This document shows positions 55,752 through 63,979 of a stretch of DNA of 64,000 bases, piece after piece. The translations under genes and the position numbers were made by a program. Each line of letters starts with the position of its first letter. The first letter of the stretch is position 1. Source of the stretch: a virus (Duplodnaviria > Caudoviricetes); the IMG/VR virus record IMGVR_UViG_3300033076_001139, positions 64,001 to 128,000 of that record, one strand, 5' to 3'. Below the pieces are notes generated by a model that did not search any database, was not told the origin of the DNA, and saw nothing but the letters and a program-made list of their open reading frames with translations.

Positions 55752-56497
55752 TTTTGATACCCCTCTGGGCGGTGTGGAAAAGACTGTCCAAATGCGTCCT
55801 TGTACTCCGCGTCAAGCAGAGTGAGCGCCTGCTTCAAGTCTTGCAACGTCTTGTAGGTGTCTCCCTTTTTCTCGGCGACAAGAGACTGGTCACCCTTCTT
55901 CAGCAGAAAACCGGGAGCAAGGAGGGCCATCATCGGGTACCGCACCTCCGTCCCAGAGATGGGGCTAGCTACGGTGACATCGAAGATGCTACCTCTTTTG
56001 TCCGTAATCTGGACTGTTTTGCCGACCACGGCGGATGCCGCCGTCTTGCCGAGGGCGATGATCAGCAACGGGTCTACAGCGTAGATGATCCGCTGTAGGC
56101 GATCGTTGCAGGCCTCGATCTCGACGTTAGTCGGGGTACGCCCCTCTGGGGTTCGACAACCGACTACGTTCGTCCAGAAGATATGGCGGTCGAGGTACTC
56201 CCTGAGGTCAAGGAAGTACCCCTCGTTATCCTCCGTGTCGTAGGAGCGGAAGCGCAGCATCTCTTCCGTGTCGGGCCACACCATCGCAAGCATGTCCATC
56301 AGGAGACGGCCAGACTTCCCGAGAAACGGGATGCCCTGGTTCTCGTCTTCCTCAGACGGAGCCTCTCCTACTACGAGGATGTCCGCGCTCGCACTTCCGC
56401 TGCCGAACACGACCTGAAGACGCCTCTCGCAGAGTCCACAAGCCGCACAGTCCGCGTATTTCTCAAAGGTATCTTCAAGGGCGGAGATACCGCTCAT
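55748..56497 (-). CDS. Family-4 uracil-DNA glycosylase-like protein lacking the motif-B His
   Basis: CAACGLC, VVFGSG...DILVVGEAP, PFLGKSGRLL, TNVVGCR.P, EIEAC, IIALGKTA. Confidence 0.9.
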   Translation of the reverse strand: MSGISALEDTFEKYADCAACGLCERRLQVVFGSGSASADILVVGEAPSEEDENQGIPFLGKSGRLLMDMLAMVWPDTEEMLRFRSYDTEDNEGYFLDLREYLDRHIFWTNVVGCRTPEGRTPTNVEIEACNDRLQRIIYAVDPLLIIALGKTAASAVVGKTVQITDKRGSIFDVTVASPISGTEVRYPMMALLAPGFLLKKGDQSLVAEKKGDTYKTLQDLKQALTLLDAEYKDAFGQSFPHRPEGYQK

Positions 56498-56856
56498 CGG
56501 TAGTTCACGCCGGGTGCGGGAAGCACGATCCCCGAACGTCCCGTCATCGCGCGGTAAATGTCGATGAAGTCCTTGTGGTCCTCGACAGAGAAATGCGCGC
56601 ACGGGGGAAGCCAGATCGTCATTGGCTTGTTTGCCGGTACTATCGGACTGGGAGCGACCTGCATCACTGGAGCGCGTGGGTCGCCCGCCATCTGGATCCG
56701 TAGCTCAATCGCGTCAAGGACATTGATGCCCCTCTTCATCAACTCCTCGGTGCTGTGGGAATCGGGCCAGAGCCCGAGAAAGCAGCGGCTGTTGTACATG
56801 AAGACCGTCAGGTTCTTCAGGTACGCCCCATCGGATTGCGTCGTTTTTGATTCCAC
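56494..56856 (-). CDS. Hypothetical protein
   Basis: 120-aa ORF inside the operon, ATGA-coupled to the UDG-like gene. Confidence 0.65.
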   Translation of the reverse strand: MESKTTQSDGAYLKNLTVFMYNSRCFLGLWPDSHSTEELMKRGINVLDAIELRIQMAGDPRAPVMQVAPSPIVPANKPMTIWLPPCAHFSVEDHKDFIDIYRAMTGRSGIVLPAPGVNYR

Positions 56857-58217
56857 GTAGAGTTCCTGAACGGGTAGTTCTTAGATTTCAAGTAGTTCAA
56901 GACGCTGTAGGTAAGGCCCTTGCACTCATCGATATTCCTGTCGAGGAAGATGATGACCTCGGGCGTCTTCTTTCCCTGCGCCGCTCGCTGAACGCGGCCG
57001 ATGGCCTGGCGGAGTTGCGGGGCCTCCGCATAACCGTCTGCCGCTAGGGGCGTTAGCATGAACAAGCAGTCAAGGTCTTTACGGTTGTAGTTCTCGGTCG
57101 CGACCCCGAACGTCGCAAAGACGATCTTGCTCTTGTTCAGCTCCTTCAGTCGTTCCTCGCTTGGCGTCTCACCGGTAATGAGGCCGCTGCCGGGAAACAT
57201 CGCGGACAAGGTCTTCACGTGCTCGACGCTATGGCTGAGCGCGTAGATCGTCCGGCCCTCAGCTATGGCTTTGGTCAGCCTCCGGCTTATAGCCGCATTC
57301 CGCTCCGTATTCTGGGCCAACCAGGACTTCAGCATGGCAAGGTTTCGCTGCTTGCTGCGGTCCTGCACCAGCTTCTCGTCAGCGTCCGTCAGCTCCGTAT
57401 CCAGTTCGATGACCTCGATCTCGGGGATCATCTCCTGCGTGTCGTCGCTGTAGACGATGGGGCCGATATGGGAGAGGAACACACCCTCGTTTCGGTCTGT
57501 GCGCTTCGGAGTAGCGGTGAGTCCGTACCGATTTCCGATGCACAAGTCGATGCTGCGGGCGAACCACTCTGCGCTCATGTGGTGGCACTCGTCAAAGATG
57601 ATCGTCCCAAAGCGGTGCGCGAAGTCGATAGGAAGCTTTCCGTCTTCCGCACGAGTCGCGAGAGTCTGGACGGTACAGAGAACTACCTCGCGGTCGTACT
57701 CCATCTTCCCGTCCCCCACGCGCCCTGGCTCCGAGTCCAGATCGAAAAACTGGCTCAGCTCTGCCAACCAGTTGTCGAGGTGAGCCGCCTGTGGGGAAAC
57801 AATGAGCGTCGTCAATCCTTCATGCGCTGCCTTGTAGAGACCCATCACAGTCTTACCGGCGCCGCAGGGTAAATGAAGAACGCTACCCTTGCTGTCCTTG
57901 AATGCGGCCCACGGCTCAAGTTGACGATCCCGAAGGGCAAAACCCGGTTTGGGACGTAAACTAGAACGCGGAAACTGCTTGGGGCGGAGGTCTACGACCT
58001 CGATCCCAAGGTCTTCGTGTATCTGCTGCGGGGTGAGAAACCCGCGCGGCACTTCTAAATGCGTAGGATGGTTTTTGACTAAAACTCTGGGCTCGTTGTC
58101 CTTGCCAAGGCCGAAAGTGAGGGCCCCACGAATGGGGCCCTCTGATACTTTCGACAACGGAAGGAACAAGGAAGCCCCGATGTACGCCTTGTCCGGGTGT
58201 AATCGAGGCAACTTCAT
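56817..58217 (-). CDS. Superfamily 2 helicase, UvsW/XPB-like
   Basis: LPCGAGKT, DECHH, GLTATP, QAIGRVQR. Confidence 0.92.
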   Translation of the reverse strand: MKLPRLHPDKAYIGASLFLPLSKVSEGPIRGALTFGLGKDNEPRVLVKNHPTHLEVPRGFLTPQQIHEDLGIEVVDLRPKQFPRSSLRPKPGFALRDRQLEPWAAFKDSKGSVLHLPCGAGKTVMGLYKAAHEGLTTLIVSPQAAHLDNWLAELSQFFDLDSEPGRVGDGKMEYDREVVLCTVQTLATRAEDGKLPIDFAHRFGTIIFDECHHMSAEWFARSIDLCIGNRYGLTATPKRTDRNEGVFLSHIGPIVYSDDTQEMIPEIEVIELDTELTDADEKLVQDRSKQRNLAMLKSWLAQNTERNAAISRRLTKAIAEGRTIYALSHSVEHVKTLSAMFPGSGLITGETPSEERLKELNKSKIVFATFGVATENYNRKDLDCLFMLTPLAADGYAEAPQLRQAIGRVQRAAQGKKTPEVIIFLDRNIDECKGLTYSVLNYLKSKNYPFRNSTWNQKRRNPMGRT

Positions 58218-58225
58218 CTTCTCAC

Positions 58226-58642
58226 CTACTTGAACGGGTTTGGATACTTGCGACGCGGGATCGACCGGACGCTGTAAACTGCCTCGTGCATTACTGCCTC
58301 AAGCGCGCTGAGGAAGCTGTTGTGCGCCAACGCCCCCATGAACGTGTCCTCTGCCTGCACCGCTGTTCGAAGGTGGTCAGCAACCGGCGCAGGAACAGAT
58401 GTACTCCCTTGCACAGTTGCAGCCTGTGTCGTGGTGGGGCGAATTGCAGTTGACGCAGTACTTGTGTAGGCTGACTGCGACCTACTGATCTTCTGCTCTA
58501 CTTGATACCGACACGTACCGCGGAAGGGACAAGCCCGGCACTCAGCATCCGAATCATCGTACTTCGTAACGTCCGCATAGCAGGGCGGTTTGTTGATTGT
58601 CCCCGTGGCTCCAAAGCTCCTTCCGTAAAGACCCTCTGCCAA
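58226..58642 (-). CDS. 4-Cys hypothetical protein, first gene of the replication operon
   Basis: GGAGG RBS with TTG start; PPCY....YD....ECRACPF...C. Confidence 0.7.
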   Translation of the reverse strand: MAEGLYGRSFGATGTINKPPCYADVTKYDDSDAECRACPFRGTCRYQVEQKISRSQSAYTSTASTAIRPTTTQAATVQGSTSVPAPVADHLRTAVQAEDTFMGALAHNSFLSALEAVMHEAVYSVRSIPRRKYPNPFK

Positions 58643-58666
58643 TAGCTACCTCCGGTGTAGCAACTA

Positions 58667-58694
58667 CTTATGCCCGCGTTGTCGTTATACTTCG
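58667..58694 (-). promoter_or_regulatory. Putative sigma28-like promoter CGAA-N15-GGGCATAAG
   Basis: In the divergent intergenic region heading the 15.5-kb replication operon. Confidence 0.55.
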
Positions 58695-58746
58695 TACCCT
58701 TCTTCTTCGGGGGATAGTATGATAGGCACGCCTAGGAGAATCCGCC

Positions 58747-59355
58747 GTGAACGCATTTGACCTCATCGAAGACCTGAAGCACCGGTGGCATGATCTCGAC
58801 TCATACGACCGCCACGATCTCTCGGTTGCTGCTGCTAAACTGGCGTCTGCGCACGGAGCACAGGTCCCTGACGAAATCTACCGCTACAGCGGTGAGAGCG
58901 TCAGCCAGAATTTCAGCACCTACATGCGTCAGCGGCAAGAGTTTACGGCGAATGCGGATATCCAGGAGGCTTACGGCCGTCTGGCTAAGGTGGCGTCCGC
59001 AATTAACCCCGACGAGCTTGTAAACCTTATTTACAAGCTTGACGACGATGCGGGCCTCATTCACCGTTACGGCAAGAACCTCCCTGACCCGCACCTCTGC
59101 GTGTTTGACCGCACGAAGGAAGCCTCGTGGTCCTGGATCCACGGGGGGCACTACGTCAATGAGGATCAGCTTCGTCGCCTTGCTACGGGGCCGACTCGCG
59201 ATCAAATGGAGAAGCTATTTGACTGTGACTTCGTGACGGAGTTCCGCAAGGATCCGCTTGGCAAGTTCCGGGACCTTGCGCCCGAGGCGCAGATCATCAT
59301 TGCTAATATGGCGTCACAGTCACAGCTCCGTAACGACGGAGGCTTCCGTTCGTGA
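58747..59355 (+). CDS. Putative head morphogenesis protein with three K-x-A-S motifs
   Basis: AGGAG RBS with GTG start; KLAS, KVAS, KEAS; same operon as the portal. Confidence 0.6.
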   Translation: MNAFDLIEDLKHRWHDLDSYDRHDLSVAAAKLASAHGAQVPDEIYRYSGESVSQNFSTYMRQRQEFTANADIQEAYGRLAKVASAINPDELVNLIYKLDDDAGLIHRYGKNLPDPHLCVFDRTKEASWSWIHGGHYVNEDQLRRLATGPTRDQMEKLFDCDFVTEFRKDPLGKFRDLAPEAQIIIANMASQSQLRNDGGFRS

Positions 59356-60146
59356 AGTTATTGACGGACGATACAACCTCTCCCGTCGTTCTGTTTTTCT
59401 ACTGCACAAAGAAATACGGACACGAGTGGATGAAGTGGGCACCGGAGGTCCTCAAGCGCACGCTTGAGCTAGACCACCCGGGCGTCGTGCTATCCAAGAA
59501 AGCCCTCAACAGGGCTCTTGCAGCGGCGGTAGTTGCGTCTCGTGACTCGTTTTTTGAGGACTGGGAGCCTTTTCATTTTCTGACGCAGGCCCTCGTCCTC
59601 GGTACGCCTACCGCCGACACAATGCAGGAGCACTCAGTTGGAGAGATGATGGCGGCGGTAGATGACGCGATCTACATTCGTGATCACCTCGGTAAGCTTG
59701 TTGCGCGCCCGTCCTTCTCGGATACCGTGGCACGCTACGTCGCTGCGCAGGCACTGAATCAGGGAGTCTGGTACCTTCCCGCACCTCTAGATTTTGCAAG
59801 CGACTACGCGGGCATGAAGCGGTATCACTGCCGCGACTGCGGACATGAGGGAGAGATTTTCGCAAACGACGGCCTCTGTGACGTATGCACAGAGCGGTTC
59901 GACACGGATAGCCTGCGTGAGTTCAAACCGAGCACGAGCACCGCAGCACGTGGCTTGGGCAGAAATACACAGATTATCTTTAAGAATCCGCAGGACGGCG
60001 TAAAGGCTCGGTTACGCGCTCTCCAGCAGAATCCTGCATCATTTAATGGCACGCAGGATGATGTGTGTGCTGCAAAGCTGCTAGAGGCTATCGACTACAC
60101 GAACCATCGCCGCGTTCAGCGCGATCTTGAGATGCGAGGGCTGTGA
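59352..60146 (+). CDS. Putative head-associated protein with zinc ribbon
   Basis: CRDCG...CDVC; coupled within the portal operon. Confidence 0.6.
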   Translation: MKLLTDDTTSPVVLFFYCTKKYGHEWMKWAPEVLKRTLELDHPGVVLSKKALNRALAAAVVASRDSFFEDWEPFHFLTQALVLGTPTADTMQEHSVGEMMAAVDDAIYIRDHLGKLVARPSFSDTVARYVAAQALNQGVWYLPAPLDFASDYAGMKRYHCRDCGHEGEIFANDGLCDVCTERFDTDSLREFKPSTSTAARGLGRNTQIIFKNPQDGVKARLRALQQNPASFNGTQDDVCAAKLLEAIDYTNHRRVQRDLEMRGL

Positions 60147-60892
60147 TGGACGCACGTATACTGCGGGCTTTTGGCTCAGAACTAGAAAAAATAGCGGTCA
60201 TGTCCGAGGACAAGCCGGGATTCTGGTCTGCGGCTAAGGCTCCGTTTACTGAGACGGCCAAGCTTGTCCGACCAAGTACTGCCAAAGACGCGTGGAAAGA
60301 CCTGTGGCATGGCTCGTCTAACGCACACCCCTTAAACCGAGAGTTCCTGCACGAAGAACTACACGGCACCGTAAACCCAAAAACTGGACGTAGAGAAGGC
60401 GGGGCAATTGCTGGACTGAAAGGCAAGGGTACGTACGTCGATGACATTTCGCATGCTAAAGGCGTGCGCGCGGACCTACGCCGCGGTGGCTGGCTTGCCA
60501 ACATGGCTAAGTATGAGGGCCCCAGCACCTGGCGAAAAGGAATAAACGCAGTGACTCGCCACCTTCCCGGGCAGCGCACCCTTCTGCTGGGCGGTACTGC
60601 CCTGGGGCTTCATTCTGATTTACAGAAAAAAGACCCCACTACCGGCCGCGAAAGAGGGGCGGCTGAGCGCGTGCTTGGGGCAACGGGCGGAGTAGCGGGC
60701 AGCCTAGGTGCAAGCGCACCCGGTGCTGTTCGCGCTATGTCTCGCGGAGGTATGAAAGGAATGGTGGGCGGCATACTTGGCTCTACCGTCCTTGGTATCG
60801 GCGGAAGCATGGGCGGCGGTTATCTTGGTCGTAAGATCGACGAGGCGCGGGGTTTTAAGCCTAGCGCCCCTCCTAACCAGGTGCCCGGATGA
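60146..60892 (+). CDS. Glycine-zipper protein with N-terminal K-x-A leader
   Basis: MDARILRAFGSELEKIA; LGATGGVAGSLGA and MVGGILGSTVLGIGGSMGGGYLG. Confidence 0.7.
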   Translation: MDARILRAFGSELEKIAVMSEDKPGFWSAAKAPFTETAKLVRPSTAKDAWKDLWHGSSNAHPLNREFLHEELHGTVNPKTGRREGGAIAGLKGKGTYVDDISHAKGVRADLRRGGWLANMAKYEGPSTWRKGINAVTRHLPGQRTLLLGGTALGLHSDLQKKDPTTGRERGAAERVLGATGGVAGSLGASAPGAVRAMSRGGMKGMVGGILGSTVLGIGGSMGGGYLGRKIDEARGFKPSAPPNQVPG

Positions 60893-63042
60893 ACTTCTTC
60901 AGCGGCTCGGTAGACTCGGGCGACCGGTTTAATACCCGGAATCTACAAGCAAATGGGCAGCGGAGCTTTGGCGTCCGCTACCCTTCGCCATTCTTCGATG
61001 TCGCGCAGCAGTTCCTACCTGACAACGTCCACCAGCTCCTCACGTGGTGTAGGTTCTACTTCTTGTCGAACCCCATCATCAATGTGGCGTGCTCAAAGAT
61101 GGCGGAGTACCCGGTTACTCCCATTATCTTTGACACGGATGACGCAGGTAAAAAGAAGCTCTACAAGGACTTAGAGGAGCAGCTCAACCTGCGCCAGTTC
61201 CAGGTCGAGGCTGGGCTGGACTACTTTGCTTACGGAAACGCATTTGTTTCCGTGTACTACCCGTTTGTTAAATACCTTGCTTGCCGTCACTGCAAGGAGC
61301 GGTACCGCGCAGAGACAAACCGCTCCCTGTACAAATGGCGTAACAATCGCTTTTTCCTGAATTGTCCGGGCTGTCGCAAGGCAGACTACGCAGAAGAGCG
61401 GGATGTCTACATTCGTTCCGTCCGTGACATTCGCCTTGTGCGTTGGAACCCGGAAAATATCCAGATCAAGCACAACGAAGTTACCGGACAGAGCAGGTAC
61501 TACTACAAGCTTTCGCGCGCAATTATCAACGATATCACAATGGGAGATCCCGATACTATCGAGAAACTGCCCATCGAGTTCCTTGAGGCGGCGCGCAAGA
61601 ATAAGGCACTGCGCTTCAGCACGGACAACTTCTTCCACCTGAAGCGGCCTACTCTGGCGCAGAAGGACCAGGGCTGGGGTTCCCCGCTTATCTATCCGCT
61701 CCTCAAGGACGCGTTCTACCTTCAGACATTGAAGAAGGCGCAGGAAAGCATCGCGATGGAGCATATCGTTCCACTGCGTATGATCTTCCCCGGGCCGTCC
61801 ACCGGAGGAAACGACCAGCCGTACGGTTCGTACAACCTTACGAACTGGAAATCCAAGATTGAGACGGAACTCTCTATTTGGAAGCGCGACAATAACTACA
61901 TCCCCATCCTGCCTGTGAATATTGGTTTCCAGCAGTTTGGCGGAGATGCCCGCGCTCTCATGTTGCATCAGGAATTCCGCCTCGTCGCGGAACAGATGCT
62001 TGTTGGTGCGGGCATCCCGATTGAATTCGTATTCGGCGGACTGTCCTGGAGCGGCAGCAACACGTCGTTGCGCGCTCTTGAGAACATGTTCCTTGGGTAC
62101 AACCGTGCCCGTCACCACATGGTGAACGAGTTCATCTTCGGCAACATCGCGGCATTCATGCGGTGGCCTACCGTCACTTGTCGCTTTGACCGCTTCAAGA
62201 TGGCGGACGACCTTCAGCGGTCGATGTTCTACCTCCAGCTCAATCAGGCGCTCAAGATCTCCGACAAGCGTCTTCACGAGGAGCTGGGGGAGGACACAGA
62301 TACAGAAGTACGCCGTATGCGCGACGAGATGAAAATCCAGCTCGATGTGCAGCGGAAGATGCAGGTTGCCACCGCGGATATCCAGGGCGAGGCTCAGCTT
62401 CGTTCCTCGCGTTACTCCATCAAGGCGCAGGAGCTTCAGGGCAAAGCGCAGATGGCACAGCAGCAGGAAATGGCCGCTATGCAGCAGCAACAGGCACAGG
62501 AGCAGGCCGCCGCACAGGGCGGACAGCCACAGTCCCCCCTTACGCCTGCACAGCGTGCGCCAAACGCGCAAACCCCAGAAGCTGCACAGCAAAACGAAGC
62601 TGCACAGCAACAGCAGCCGCAGGAGCAGGCTCCCGAGCAGGAGCAGCCTGCGCAAGAGCAACCGCAAGAGCAAGCGCAGCAGACCGCAGGAATGCCCCAG
62701 GGCGCAACTGCGTACGATGAGAACGCGCAGACGCCCAACGGGGCACTTCCCGTTGCGATGGCCGGCATGACCTCGCCGCTAGCGGCAGGCGCGGGTGGGG
62801 TGGATCTCCGCTACGTAGCTCAGCGCGCCAAGGCGTTCCTCGACACAATCGGAGAGGAGCAGGGTGAGGCGCAGAAGCAGCAAGAGCTGATGAAGATGCG
62901 TGTAGAGAATCCCGCGCTGTACCAACTAGTCATACAGCTAATGAATGAGACCGCAGGGTCTCAAGTAAATCCCCTCAACGCCATGAAGGCGCCAGTGCCC
63001 GCTGGTGGAACCCAGCGGGCAGCTGGACGTCAGATTGGCTAA
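60889..63042 (+). CDS. Portal-like protein with zinc-ribbon insertion and Gln-rich tail
   Basis: NPII......MAEYPV, LDYF.YGNAF, FFHLK.......GWG.P.I, GIP.EF..G are portal-type motifs. Confidence 0.8.
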   Translation: MNFFSGSVDSGDRFNTRNLQANGQRSFGVRYPSPFFDVAQQFLPDNVHQLLTWCRFYFLSNPIINVACSKMAEYPVTPIIFDTDDAGKKKLYKDLEEQLNLRQFQVEAGLDYFAYGNAFVSVYYPFVKYLACRHCKERYRAETNRSLYKWRNNRFFLNCPGCRKADYAEERDVYIRSVRDIRLVRWNPENIQIKHNEVTGQSRYYYKLSRAIINDITMGDPDTIEKLPIEFLEAARKNKALRFSTDNFFHLKRPTLAQKDQGWGSPLIYPLLKDAFYLQTLKKAQESIAMEHIVPLRMIFPGPSTGGNDQPYGSYNLTNWKSKIETELSIWKRDNNYIPILPVNIGFQQFGGDARALMLHQEFRLVAEQMLVGAGIPIEFVFGGLSWSGSNTSLRALENMFLGYNRARHHMVNEFIFGNIAAFMRWPTVTCRFDRFKMADDLQRSMFYLQLNQALKISDKRLHEELGEDTDTEVRRMRDEMKIQLDVQRKMQVATADIQGEAQLRSSRYSIKAQELQGKAQMAQQQEMAAMQQQQAQEQAAAQGGQPQSPLTPAQRAPNAQTPEAAQQNEAAQQQQPQEQAPEQEQPAQEQPQEQAQQTAGMPQGATAYDENAQTPNGALPVAMAGMTSPLAAGAGGVDLRYVAQRAKAFLDTIGEEQGEAQKQQELMKMRVENPALYQLVIQLMNETAGSQVNPLNAMKAPVPAGGTQRAAGRQIG
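62452..62690 (+). repeat. Gln/Ala/Pro/Glu low-complexity coding repeats
   Basis: GAAGCTGCACAGCAA twice at an 18-bp period (62578, 62596); QEQ[AP] units. Confidence 0.8.
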
Positions 63043-63503
63043 CCGGCCTGCCTCCTCGGAAAGAAGCAGGAGTCGGCGTGCGCAAAGAAGCAGTTGGTGT
63101 GGAACAACCGCTCGTCATCTCCGTGGGGAAAGGTAACCGGGGCCAGAAATAGGCCCCCATGCCTTTTGCTCACGGCCACTCTGTGCGGGGTCAGAGATAT
63201 GACACCCTCCTCAAACTGAAACGGGTTGTCGCACCACGCGCACTTCCCGTTCATCTTTGAGGAATGGTCCATCAGGTTTGTGCCTACCGCGGCGTGCAGG
63301 CACCAGCGGTGCATCAGCATCTCGTGCGAGCCATTCTCCAGTTGGCTCTCCACTAGGCACAGGTTTAGGGTCCTTACCCCAATCCCCATCTCGAACGCTG
63401 CTATATTTACGGCATCTTCCTCAAGGTAGATTGCCGTAGCGCACCAGTCGCAGCGATAGTCTAGTTCTTCCAGAGACTGAGTACCGGGCTCTCCTCCCCG
63501 CAT
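63039..63503 (-). CDS. Protein with two tandem CxxC...HxxC zinc-finger units; start uncertain (63503 ATG or 63473 CTG)
   Basis: CDWC...HRWC and CAWC...HTNC. Confidence 0.65.
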   Translation of the reverse strand: MRGGEPGTQSLEELDYRCDWCATAIYLEEDAVNIAAFEMGIGVRTLNLCLVESQLENGSHEMLMHRWCLHAAVGTNLMDHSSKMNGKCAWCDNPFQFEEGVISLTPHRVAVSKRHGGLFLAPVTFPHGDDERLFHTNCFFAHADSCFFPRRQAG

Positions 63504-63775
63504 TTTGTGCATGCTCCGTCGGTGTAGTAGGACAAGGTTGCCTCGTTTTTTGCACAAGTCGAACAAAGCCAGCCCTGCCCTTCGGGCGTGAACTGGCAGT
63601 TGCCACAGTCTGGGTTGCCACAAAGACCACGGTCAGTGTGCTCAAACAACATCGGGCAGAACGCTAGGCGCCCGCCCTCCGTTGTTCCTGCTTCCGAACT
63701 GGGGATCTCTGCCGCAGGGAGAAGCCCGCCTGTCCCCTCTTTCATCAGGCGGGCAAGCGGGCTCCGCTTTACCAT
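63461..63775 (-). CDS. Cys-rich zinc-finger protein
   Basis: C...C...C..C...C..C...C..C; start overlaps the upstream stop. Confidence 0.65.
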   Translation of the reverse strand: MVKRSPLARLMKEGTGGLLPAAEIPSSEAGTTEGGRLAFCPMLFEHTDRGLCGNPDCGNCQFTPEGQGWLCSTCAKNEATLSYYTDGACTKCGEESPVLSLWKN

Positions 63776-63861
63776 GCGTCGTCGGCCATTAGTTGTGGTA
63801 GGGTGTCGACATAGAACTGGAAGAACCCCACGAGGAATGAGAAGAAAAACAGCGAGAGCAT
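63769..63861 (-). CDS. 30-aa hydrophobic peptide, absent from the ORF track
   Basis: MLSLFFFSFLVGFFQFYVDTLPQLMADDAW*; GGAGG RBS; stop overlaps the next ATG. Confidence 0.55.
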   Translation of the reverse strand: MLSLFFFSFLVGFFQFYVDTLPQLMADDAW

Positions 63862-63862
63862 C

Positions 63863-63979
63863 CTAGCTGTCCTCCCCAGAGGGTGAGCTGTCGTCAGTGT
63901 CCCAGCCGGCTACCGCGTCGTCACACATGTCGGCAAAGTCTTCAAGGCTGTTGTAGTCATCGTCGTTATCTTCGGCCAC
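63863..63979 (-). CDS. 38-aa highly acidic peptide, absent from the ORF track
   Basis: MAEDNDDDYNSLEDFADMCDDAVAGWDTDDSSPSGEDS*; AGGA RBS with GTG start; ends 1 nt before the next ATG. Confidence 0.55.
   Translation of the reverse strand: MAEDNDDDYNSLEDFADMCDDAVAGWDTDDSSPSGEDS

Noticed and set aside
61171-62673. 500-aa - strand Leu-rich ORF opposite the portal gene
   Set aside because: Shadow ORF; the Leu runs are the reverse complement of CAG (Gln) codons.
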